In this document: one piece after another, positions 38,674-48,895 of the stretch
Layout of the letters: every line of letters begins with the position of its first letter
How positions within the stretch are numbered: position 1 is the stretch's first letter
From: Heterodontus francisci
Taxonomy: Eukaryota
Direction of reading: 5' to 3'
Assembly (NCBI RefSeq): GCF_036365525.1
Contig: NC_090387.1
Span: forward strand, 90,251,691-90,315,690
DNA: 64,000 bases
Notes under the pieces: generated by a model
The model's input: only the letters and a program-made list of their open reading frames with translations
Databases searched by the model: none
Told to the model about the DNA's origin: nothing
Made by a program: the position numbers and the translations under genes

Positions 38674-38994
38674 CTTGCGGCGAAACTTCAGTCAAAGTGA
38701 ATCAGTACCCTGAGAGTACGAGCATAAACCCGGGAAGAAATGTTTCCTTTCGCTGCACGCTTTCCATGTTTCAAGACAGCCCACCTGTGAATGTCTACTG
38801 GTGGAAGGAGGGTGATAATCAATATCTAAACACAGGACAGGATGACAGAAAATTAATTAGCGTTAAAACTGGATTCAAAGCCGTTCTTTGGATAATCAAT
38901 GTGAGTGTACAAGACGCAGGAGTATACTATTGCACTGTCACTCATCGAGGCAAAATAGTTGGAAACGGAACGGGATCCAATTTAGTTGTAACGG
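38674..38994 (+). CDS. Gene B exon 2: V-set Ig domain with germline J-like G strand
   Basis: tag|CT; VSFRC...VYWWK...LWIINVSVQDAGVYYC...GNGTGSNLVVT; donor G|gtaagt. Confidence 0.93.
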
Positions 38995-40005
38995 GTAAGT
39001 ATAAAAACAACGAATGAGATCCCTGTAACTGTAATATTTCACAATTCGGAACATTTATTGATTGTGCTTCGAAGGATTCACATCGCAAATTAAATTCCAT
39101 TGTTTTAGCATGCATACATTCAAATTGCACCTGTGACGGCTGCAATTATTTTTTGATGTGCTTCAGAATATTTCAGCAATATTGATCAAGACAAGCATTA
39201 TCTCTTAGTTGCTTGATTCCCAAAATACACAGTAAACGGTATACAGAAAATTATTGAAGTTAAAATTGCAGTATCATTTACGGAGGTGTATATCCCGACA
39301 GTGTTAGATACAAGCGCGGATCTGCCGCTGTGAGCACAGATATTGCCCTATTTGAGATTTATTTTGTCTCCGTTACGCGAGACTGACTGTTTCTATCTGG
39401 ATTCAGATTTTCCTAGCTCTAATTTAATCATCTATATGTCAGGATCTTTGAAAGGGCATATTACTAACAGTTAAATTTTACATTCTGTAGATTGAGCCTC
39501 CCATCCCATTTTTCTTCATGATTTTCACCTGTAAATAAGGTATCATCCTGGACCTTGGCGCCAGTGTCCCTCTAGTTTGGTAAATTATATTTTCTCATCA
39601 GTTCTTGTGTTCAACAGAGTTCGCAGCGGTACCGCGAAACAGGGCGAGCAACGCAAATTACATCCCGCTCAATTTTCTTTCCATTAGAATAGAAAATTGG
39701 GAGAGCTGTAAAAATCATCCGTTTTTTTCCCGGCGGTAACATTGCAATTACCGCCGAAATAATAGTGACACTTGTGAAAATCCGTTTAAGATGCAACTAC
39801 TGACAGCGCAAAGTGAACATCCATGCAGTGCCACAAAGACTCATCCCCTCACCACACCCTCCACCCCCAGCCCCGACCCCCCTCCGCCCACCGACCCACC
39901 CGAGACCTCCTCCAGTGTAAACTTTGAAACGGGCTGAAACAAAACGTTCGGTTGTTCACCTTGATTAATGTCCCATTAACATTATTGTCCTTCATTTTTT
40001 TTTAG

Positions 40006-40318
40006 CTCCGCCAACTCCACTGAAAATTAAATCTCAGCAACCTGAGAAGGATTCATCTGTTTCTCTGACTGTTGTGTGCGTGACATCTCCCTTTTATCCG
40101 GAGAGTATCAGCTTCACTTGGTATAAGGATGGCAACAAAACTACAACAGGGATAAATAACGTTATTGAACCTAATACCGACGGACTATATGAAGCCTCCA
40201 GCCCGCTTGCAAGAGACGCAGTTTGTCCCGCCCGGAACTGTTTATTCCTGCCTGGTCTCTCACAGTAGCCTCCAAATATCAGCCATGGCCACTTACACTG
40301 TCACCTATCACAGCACAG
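40006..40318 (+). CDS. Gene B exon 3: C1-set Ig domain, frameshifted at CCC 40202-40204
   Basis: polyT-ag acceptor; [23 protein letters not shown]...GLYEASS, then +1 frame RLQE...[10 protein letters not shown]; donor AG|gtgaga. Confidence 0.9.
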
Positions 40319-40339
40319 GTGAGATTTCAGATAAAATCG

Positions 40340-41400
40340 GAGAATCGTACAGCATCGAAAGAGGTCATTTGGCCTGGCGTGTCTGTGCGGCCTCTTTGAA
40401 AGAGCAGTCCAGTTTAGTCCCCATAACTCTGCAGATTAAACCCCTTTAAGCAACATGTCCAATTGCCTTTTGAAAATCCATGTATAAATTGCTTCCAACA
40501 ACCTTTCAGCTCGTGTATTCGACATCTCAGCAACCCCCGTGAGAAAAGAATTCCCCTCAAAATCCCTCTAGTCTTTTTGCCAGTAGGTTTAAACCTATGA
40601 TTGCCGGCTATCGACCCATTTCTTCAGAGAAATGTTTCTTCCTACTTGATTCACTAAAACCCGTCATAATTTTGAATATTTCTCTTCGATATCCCCTTAA
40701 TTTTCTGTGTTCTAATGAGTATCCACGTAGCTGAAGGCTCTCCTCCCTGTTAAAGCCGGTAAATCTCGCCTGTATTCTGTCCAAGACCTTGACAGTCTTT
40801 TAAAATGCGGTGCCCAGCATTGTGCACAATAATCTAACTGAGAACTAACCAGAGATGTGTAAACTTTAGCATGGCTTCCATGTTTTTGTATCCGATGCCT
40901 CTATTCACAAAACTAATTATCGCACAAGCTTTCCTTAACCCTACTTATTAACTTGCTCTGCCAGCTTCAAAGATTTGTAAATATGCACCCCTATCTTCTC
41001 CTGATTTAGTATGCCCCTCAAAATAGCACCATTTCCATTATACTACCTCTCCATGTTGTTTCACCCAAAGTGCACACTTCAGACTTATCCACATTGAATT
41101 GCACTTACCATTCGTCTGCCCATTTCCTCACTGTATTTTCTCCTATAGTCTGCTACTACCTTCTCACCATTTACTACGTTACCAATTTTGCATCATTAAC
41201 AATTTTCAAATTGTACTCCCGATATCAAGTTCAGATCATTTATGCATATCAGGTAAAGTAGTGGTCCTGATACTGATCCCTGAGGGAATCCCACTGCATA
41301 TTTCTCTCCTTTCAAAAAATCCACTCTCTGCCACCTATCACTTCGCAAATTGCATACCCAAGGTACCTCGGTGCATTAAATCCAATATGTCATAGCTCAA
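40340..41400 (-). mobile_element. Old CR1 LINE fragment in intron 3
   Basis: 'gtggtcctgatactgatccctgagggaatccc' (GIPQGSVSGP on minus); CR1 3' UTR near 40345. Confidence 0.7.
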
Positions 41401-41449
41401 CATTCTTTTGCTTCATAAAACTGTACCTTAATACAAAACTATTAACTAA

Positions 41450-41912
41450 AGATTTGCATTTATATAACGATTTTCACAACCACTGGACATCTCAAAGTGC
41501 TTTACAGCCAATGAAGTACTTCTGAAGTACAGTCACTGTTGTAGTGTAGAAAACGCAATAGACAATTTGCACACAGTAAGCTCCCACAAACAACAATGTG
41601 ATAATGACCAGATAATTTGTTCTGTGATGTTGATTGAGGGATAAATATTGGCTAGCACACCAAGGATAACTCCCCTGCTCTTCTTTGAAATAGTACCATG
41701 GGCTCTTTTACATCCACTTGAGAAGGCAGATAGGGGCTTGATTTAATATCACATCTGTAAGACAGCACCTCCAACAGTGCTGCAGTGCAGCACTCCCTCA
41801 CTAATACATTGGACTGTCAGCCTTATTTTTGTGCTCAAGCCCTAAAGTCGAATCTAAACCCAGAACCTTATAACTCAGCGGCAAGAGTGCTACCAACTAA
41901 GCCACGGCTGAT
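41450..41912 (-). mobile_element. Deu-type SINE, full length
   Basis: Minus strand 'tcagccgtggcttagttggtagcactcttgcc' head to 'tatataaatgcaaa' tail. Confidence 0.8.
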
Positions 41913-42027
41913 GTCAACTGCAATAACTGACTGAAAATATTTTGAATTCTCTATCTTTCAGGGTATTTTCTTATTGAATTAAACAGCATACAGGTTCAGA
42001 TTTATATATTTAATTTACATCTTGTAG

Positions 42028-42138
42028 GTGGTAAGATCACACATTACTTGCTGATTTCTCGATCCGCATGGGGCGTCTTTGTATTACTGATGCTGGGTAT
42101 CACGATTGTGAAGCGATGTTTCTCAAAGAAAAATAACG
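42028..42138 (+). CDS. Gene B exon 4: transmembrane exon GGKITHYLLISRSAWGVFVLLMLGITIVKRCFSKKNN
   Basis: ttgtag|GT acceptor, hydrophobic stretch followed by KR..KK stop-transfer, donor G|gtaaga, phase 1-1; Arg codon at 42060-42062. Confidence 0.85.
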
Positions 42139-42883
42139 GTAAGAAATAATTTAGTGTTTTTTTGCTAAAGCTAATACAAGTTTCAAACAGTTAGCCTGTC
42201 CCACAGGAGCAGAGGTGATTGTTGAATACAAAAGTTTTTCTGGGGTTTAAAATATATGAGATCCTACACAGGCACTCCAGGTTACCATTGTAGAGGTAGA
42301 TTCAAATTTCTGAAATGGAGTGGAATTTTCCAAGGTCTCCAGTGACTGACGGAGATTCGGGGTGGAATTGTATGGGCCTGCTAATGACTGGAATGAAGGC
42401 GGGGGGCCATAAAATATCGGCGGAAGGCTGTGGGTGGACTGCCCCTCACCTTCCCATCGCCATGCGATTTTTTGGGGGCAGGAAAGGCCTTCCTAACCAA
42501 AGGCCAATTGAGGATATTAAGTGGCCAATCAATAGCCAATTAAGGGCCTGTTCCCGTCGCCACTGGTATTCTGCCTCGAAATGGAGATATCTCAGTAAAA
42601 CAAGGTGACCTCCCTGCAGTCTTTGGGGATGGGGGGGGGGGGCTCTCTGTGGGCAATCTGTGTCCCACAGAGGGTCCCCAGTGGCAAAGGCCACCCATCC
42701 ATGAATAGTCCCTCCACCACCCCCCCCCCCCCCTCCTACATCTCCCCTCCCACCTGCCGAACTAGCCCTAGCGACCTCACCACTCTTACTGGAATCTGGG
42801 ACTCCAGCGATCAGCCTCTTTTCGTAACAGCAGTGGTCACCGCTCCCAGTGGTGATGCCAGTACTACTGAGCTGCCAGCTCAG

Positions 42884-44051
42884 TATCATTTCTAAAAGAT
42901 TTCCCACGAACGAGGTCAAACTGACTGGTCTGTAGTGGCTGAGCATGTCCTTACACACATTTTTGAACAATAGTGTAACACTTGCAATTCTCTGGCACCA
43001 CAGCTGTATCTAAGGAGCATTGGAAGATAATGGCCAGTGCATCTACAATTCTCTAAATATCTTTAGATACATCTCATCAAGTCCTGGTGACCTCGTCCTG
43101 CTTGGGGGTGGGATCCCGATCCTGAAAGGCACGGGAGCCACGGCGCAGGCAGTTAATTGCTTGAGGGTCTTAAATAGAGATGGGGTGGGGGGAGCGGGGG
43201 GAGATGCTCTCCAAAGGACTGAGGCATCGGAGCAATCTTACTTCTATTGTCGAAAGTGATCATAAACCAAGCAATTCTGAACAACAAATGTGATATCTAG
43301 GTCATGTTATAATTTACATTGAATCTACCAGAAGTGTCTTTCAAGGCCGAGTAAATATTCAATTTAAAGTCTTAAACTTCATTCGTCACCAGGAGTGCAG
43401 AACGATGGTGAAAGATCCAACTCTCCTGAACAGCTGGTAGGTTTTCATAATTCGTACTAATGTATTTCAAATGTAAATATATTCATAACGGAGTTGTAAT
43501 CTATTAAATGCAACAATTTATCACGTTTAATTCCCTGCTGCACTGATTCATACAAAATAGCACAGGCTGAATTCAGCGCTTATACAACAGACAGTTTTCT
43601 ACAGCACATAACTAGTAAAAGGGTGGTAAAAGAATGAGTGGGGCCACTTAGGGTCCTAAAAGGGATTTTATGCATGGAGGCAGAGGGCATTGCTGAGGTA
43701 CTAAATGATTACTTTGCACCTGTTTTTGCTCCCAAAGTCATGGTGAAAGAGGAGGTTGTTGAGACACTGGAGGGGCTAAAATTGACAAAGAGGAGGTATT
43801 AGATAGACTGGCAGTACTTTAAGTTGATAGGTCACCAGGACTTGATGAGATGTATCTAAAGATAATTAGAGACGTGAGAGTGGAAATTGTAGATGCACTG
43901 GCCATAATCTTCCAATGCTCCTTAGATACAGCTGTGGTGCCAGAGAATTGCAAGTGTTACACTATTGTTCAAAAATGTGTTTAAGGACAAGCCCAGCCAC
44001 TACAGGCCAGTCAGTTTGACCTCGGTTGTGGGAAATCTTTTAGAAATGATA
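42884..44051. repeat. Inverted repeat, arms 42884-43093 and 43829-44051 (CR1-derived), enclosing exon 5
   Basis: Near-identical reverse complements, e.g. 'agatgcactggccat.atcttccaatgctccttagatacagctgtggtgccagagaattgcaagtgttacactattgttcaaaaatgtgt'. Confidence 0.9.
43393..43436 (+). CDS. Gene B exon 5: short cytoplasmic exon GVQNDGERSNSPEQL
   Basis: caccag| acceptor and CTG|gtaggt donor; phase 1-0 bridges exon 4 to exon 6 exactly. Confidence 0.72.
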
Positions 44052-45005
44052 ATTCAGCACAGAATTAATAGTTCCTTGGTCAAATGTGGATTAAGCAAGT
44101 AAAGCCAGCATGGATTAGTTAAGGGCAAATAGCTAAGTTGTCTGAGCTTTTTGAGGAGGTAACAGAGAGGGTTGATGAGGGTAATGCAACAGATGTGCTG
44201 CACATGGACTTTCAAAAGGCCTTTGATTAAATGCGACGTGACAGGCTTGTCAACAAAGTTAGGCCCATGGAATAAATGGGACAGTAGCAATATGGATACA
44301 ACATTCACTGAGTGACAGAAAGCAGAGAATAGTTGTGAATGGTTGTTTTTGGACTGGAAGAAGGTATATAGTGGGATTCCCCAGCAGTTGGGACCTCTGC
44401 TTTTCTTGATACACATTAATGGCCTAGACATGGTTGTACAAGGAACAATTTCATAATTTACGGATGACACAAAACTTGGAAGCATTGTGAACTGTGAGGA
44501 GGTTAGTGATAAACTTCAAAAGCAAGCTGGTGTTTTGGGCAGACAAGTGGCAGATAAAATTTAATGCAGAAAAGTATGAAGTGATTCATTTTGGTAGGAA
44601 GAATGAGGAGAGGCAATATAAATTAAATGTTATGATACTAAAGGGGATGCAGGCTCAGAGGAACCTGGGGGTGCATGTGCACAAATCATGGAAGGTTGCA
44701 GGGCAGGTTGAGAAATAGAGTAATAAAGCATATGGATCCTGGGCTTCATAAATAGGGGCGCAGAGTACAAAACAAGGAAGTTGTAATAAACCTGTATAAA
44801 ACACTATTTCGGCCTCAACTGGAGCATTGTGTCCATACTTGTTGAAGAATGTGAAGGCATTAGAGAGGATACAGAAAAAAAATCACGAGAATGGTTCCAA
44901 GGTGAGGACCTTCAATTATGTGGATAGGTTAGAGAAGCTAAGTCTGTTCTCCTTGGAGAAGAGAAGATTAAGAGGAAATTTGAAAAAGAAGTTCAGAAAC
45001 ATGAG
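43610..45005 (+). mobile_element. CR1 LINE ORF2 fragment in intron 5
   Basis: 'WADKWQIKFNAEKYEVIHFGRKN', 'LFSLEKRRLRG'. Confidence 0.88.
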
Positions 45006-45009
45006 GCCT

Positions 45010-45677
45010 CAAAAGTCCAAGTGTATCAGGCCTGTGTCCTCAGTACCTTGCTCTATGGCAGCGAGGCCAGGACAACGTATGTCAGCCAAGAGTGACGTCT
45101 CAATTCATTCCATCTTCGCTGTCTCCGGAGAATACTTGGCATCAGGTGGCAGGACCATATCTCCAACACAGAAGTCCTCGAGGCGGCCAACATCCCCAGC
45201 TTATACACACTACTGAGTCAGCGGCGCTTGAGATGGCTTGGCCATGTGAGCCGCATGGAAGATGGCAGGATCCCCAAAGACACATTGTACAGAGAGCTCG
45301 CCACTGGTATCAGACCCACCGGCCGTCCATGTCTCCGCTTTAAAGACGTCTGCAAACGCGACATGAAATCCTGTGACATTGATCACAAGTTGTGGGAGTC
45401 AGTTGCCAGCGTTCGCCAGAGCTGGTGGGCAGCCATAAAGACAGGGCTAAAGTGTGGCGAGTCGAAGAGACTTAGTAGTTGGCAGGAAAAAAGACAAAGG
45501 CGCAAGGGAAGAGCCAACTGTGCAACAGCCCCGACAAACAAATTTCTCTGCAGCACCTGTGGAAGAGCCTGTCACTCTAGAATTGGCCTTCATAGCCACT
45601 CCAGGTGCTGCTTCACAAAGCACTGAGCACCTCCAGGCGCTTACCCATTGTCTCTCGAGATAAGGAGGCCAAAGAAG
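45010..45677 (+). mobile_element. RTE-clade LINE 3' end
   Basis: ORF 45228-45626, nearly identical to 36303-36701. Confidence 0.92.
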
Positions 45678-46439
45678 ATAGATATAAATGTTGTGACTTT
45701 CTGGATGAATTAAACACTGAACGTAGGATTCTAAGTGTAGTCCAGAAAGTGACTGCCAAGCTTCAAATAATCTCGTGTTCCACGTTCTAATAATTGTTTG
45801 CAGAATTCTATTCTCTATTTACTTGTTTGCACATTGAAAGTGACCTGACTACAGTTGCTCCAGACTCCCCTCAGTCACCCTGTGCTAATTCAATTCCATG
45901 CATTCTACAAATGCAACACAGATTTTCTAATTATGCTCAATTTCATAATGTAATCTAAATGGTTTTTACTAATTCTGCTGACGCAAATGTGTAGCTTCCA
46001 ATATATAAACCTTAACAGCTGCAGGTTATTTCAAACAGTGACTCCTGTCAATAGACTGCAGGGATGAGCTTTGATCCCTCATTTTTGTTAATTTTCTTGA
46101 CCTGGAAATTTCACGGGATTTCCATAACGTCAATGGAATATTCGCGGAACTCTCAGAGAACCGGCCTAAAGACCGTTTTCAGCCATTTCCCCCATTTCTC
46201 CGGGGATTTTCGTAATCACGAAGCCAAGTGAGATCAGGAGACGAGTTGTAGCTCTGTGGAGTTTTGAAGGCAGATTTTCGCAAAATAATGTTTGGCGTTA
46301 AGCAATAAATGCATGTGGGGAGCACACAAACATCAATCTGGTTGGTAGGATCACACTTTCCAAGGAGTTTTCTTCATATTCATTTAAATGGAGGGAAAAG
46401 GCATCGGGTCCTTCTGCACACGGAGAGCCCAACCGAATT

Positions 46440-47418
46440 TAACACAGAAACATAGAAAATAGGAGCAGGAGTAGGTCATTTGGTCCTTCGAGCCTGCTCC
46501 GCCATCCATTATGATCATGGCTGATCATCCAACTCAGTAGCCTGTTCCCGCTTTCACGCTATATCCTTTGATCGCTTTAAACCCAAGAGCTACATCTAAC
46601 TCCTTCTTGAAAACATACAATGTTTTGGCCTCAACTGTTTTCTGTGGCAGCAAATTCCCACAGGCTCACCACTCTCTGGGTGAAGAAATTTCTCCTCATC
46701 TCAGTCCTGAATGCTTTAGCCCATATCCTTAGACTATGACCCCTGGTTCTGGACTCCTCCACCATCGGGAACATCCCTCCTGCATCTACCCTGTCAAGTC
46801 CTGTTAGAACTTTGTAGGTTTCTATGAGATCCCCCCTCACTCTTCTGAACTCCAGCGAATATAATCCTAACCGACTCAATCTCTCCTCATACGTCAGTCC
46901 CACCATCCCAGGAATCAGTTTGGTAAACCTTCGCTGCACTCCCTCTATAGCAAAAACATCCTTCCTCAGATAAGGAGACCAAAAGTGCACACAATATTCC
47001 AGGTGTGGCCGCACCAAGGTCCTGTATAATTGCAGCAAGACATCCCTGCTCCTGTACTCGAATCCACTCACTATGAAGGCCAACATACCATTTGCGTTTT
47101 TACCACCTGTTGGACCTGCATGCTTACCTTCAGTGACTGGTGTACGAGAACACACAGGTCTCGTTGCATATTCCCTTCTCTCAGTTTATAGCCGTTCAGA
47201 TAATAATCTGCCTTCCTGTTTTTGCTACCAAAGTGGACATTTATCCACATTATACTGCATCTGCCATGCATTAGCCCACTCACTCAACTTGTCCAAATCA
47301 CCCTGAAGCCTCTCTGCATCCTCCTCACAACTCACCCTCCCACCCAGTTTTGTGTTATCTGCAAATTTAGAGATATCGCATTTAGTTCCCTCATCTAAAT
47401 AATTAATACATTGTGAAT
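46440..47418 (-). mobile_element. CR1 LINE 3' part, specific to copy B
   Basis: ORFs 46631-47155 and 47225-47428 ('ISKFADNTKLGG'); copy A empty site 'aaccgaacataacaaga' (~1914-1930). Confidence 0.9.
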
Positions 47419-47733
47419 AACATAACAAGATATATATGTTTGTCCTTCAGTCCATGCAGGGCACAGCCGATGTGATGGTACCTTATGCTGCACTCGAGAA
47501 AACGAATTGCTTGAAAGCTCCAAGACCAAAGCATCAATAAAGGACAGTGCATGCCCAGGTAGGAGTGAGTAGCTGAACAGAGAGACACAGAATGCCTGTA
47601 ATTAACAGATAAAACGGTGCAGTGTAAGAAATACCTTAATAGTGCTTTAATACTCTGTTGTACTTAACACTAATTCTGCAAGGCTTTGGCAATGTTAGTT
47701 ATGTCAGCTGTAGCTCAGTTGGTAAAACTCTGG

Positions 47734-48282
47734 GTTCATCCCAAGCAGCTCTGTAACACAGGAGTCTGTGCTCTATGGGCTGTTCCCAGGGACGCACACC
47801 GAGACAAACATCACCTGCTGCTGGAGGACTATCAATTCGGTGAAAGACGCCCTTTGGTCTGCCCGAAACCTGCTGGTCTTCCAGCGCAAAGAGTTGTCCA
47901 CCACCGAATGTTGCAGACTGGCACATTCCAAGGTCCAGGACTACGTGCTGAGGGACGCACTAATGCTTGGGGCAGCCGCAGCAAAGGCTCAATGGGGAAA
48001 GACCACAGTGTAAGGTCCCCCCACCAAGCTGAACTGAGGGGCTGGATCCATGGGAAACTCCTCGAACTGTATCGTTAATATTTTCATTTGCTGTAAATGT
48101 AAAATGGTTTTTGGCATGACAATTGTGAAATGGAAGGGTGAAGGGTTGTGAAGAAACTCATGTTAGTATAGAAGGAAACTGATCTCCCTTGCAATGTTTG
48201 TATTTTTTGGTGCTGTTTGAAACTGTTTGGCAATGTAATTTTTGCAGATTTTTATGAATAAAGTATATTTTGGAAATAAAAA
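47734..48282 (+). mobile_element. L1/Tx1-type LINE 3' end with poly(A) tail and 10-bp TSD, specific to copy B
   Basis: TSD aaaactctgg at 47724-47733 and 48283-48292; 'LYGLFPG...VKDALWSARNLLVF'; aataaa plus A-tail. Confidence 0.85.
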
Positions 48283-48745
48283 AAAACTCTGGCATCTAAC
48301 TCACAAGGTTGTGGGTTCATAGTCGCATCCTAGAGAGTTGAGCACAAAATGTAGTTTGACATTCCAGTGCAGTACTGAGAGAAATCTGCACTGTTGGGGG
48401 GTTCTGTCTATCGAATGAGACGTTGCACTGAGGCCTCCGTTTTTTTCTAAGGTGAATCCCGTGACACTATTTGAAGAGGAGGAGGGGAGTTATCCCTAGT
48501 GTTCCAGTCAATATTTATCCTTCAATCAACATCACTAAAACAGATTATCTGTTCATTAACATATTGCTGTTTGTGGAAGCTTGCTGTGAGCAAATCGGCT
48601 GCCGTATTTCCTACAGTACAAAGGCCCGATATAAATGCAAGCTTTTTCTTTGTTTTTTTTTCTTATTTGACTTACAGCGCTTAACTTTACATTGCAAACA
48701 ATTAACATATCGAACTAATTATATTCTCAAATATTGATTTCACAG

Positions 48746-48895
48746 ACCAAGCAAAGGACACACGCTGCTGGATCTATGGCAGGGTCAAATAAAACGGCAA
48801 AGCCTAATTATCAGGATAAGAGCACGAAGTATGCTCAACTACCGATTGAAAAACAAAGAGCAGACGTCACTGACACAGAACCGAAAACCACGTGA
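48746..48895 (+). CDS. Gene B exon 6: cytoplasmic tail lacking the ITIM (TKQRTHAAGSMAGSNKTAKPNYQDKSTKYAQLPIEKQRADVTDTEPKTT*)
   Basis: tttcacag| acceptor identical to copy A; open to TGA 48893-48895; not in the ORF track. Confidence 0.85.
   Translation, partial: TKQRTHAAGSMAGSNKTAKPNYQDKSTKYAQLPIEKQRADVTDTEPKTT

Larger units (their letters stand above)
38458..48895 (+). pseudogene. Gene B: SIRP/NKp30-like VJ-C1-TM-cytoplasmic IgSF receptor, 6 exons, ~330 aa if repaired; one +1 frameshift in exon 3 (pseudogene, null allele or assembly error)
   Basis: All five introns GT..AG with compatible phases 1,1,1,1,0; exon lengths 55+321+313+111+44+150 = 994 = 331 codons + 1 nt. Confidence 0.8.

Noticed and set aside
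38933-38945. Heptamer-like CACTGTC just after the YYC codons of the V exon (possible RSS relic)
   Set aside because: One mismatch to CACTGTG, no nonamer seen at 12/23 spacing, and explained by the codons C-T-V; no evidence of V(D)J rearrangement
38674-40318. Rearranged or germline-joined Ig light chain / TCR gene
   Set aside because: Followed by TM and multi-exon tyrosine-motif tail; no FGxG Phe/Trp and no V, D or J segments with RSS seen
48809-48841. ITAM in gene B tail (YQDK...YAQL)
   Set aside because: First half-site lacks L/I at +3 and the spacing is too short for YxxL-x6-8-YxxL
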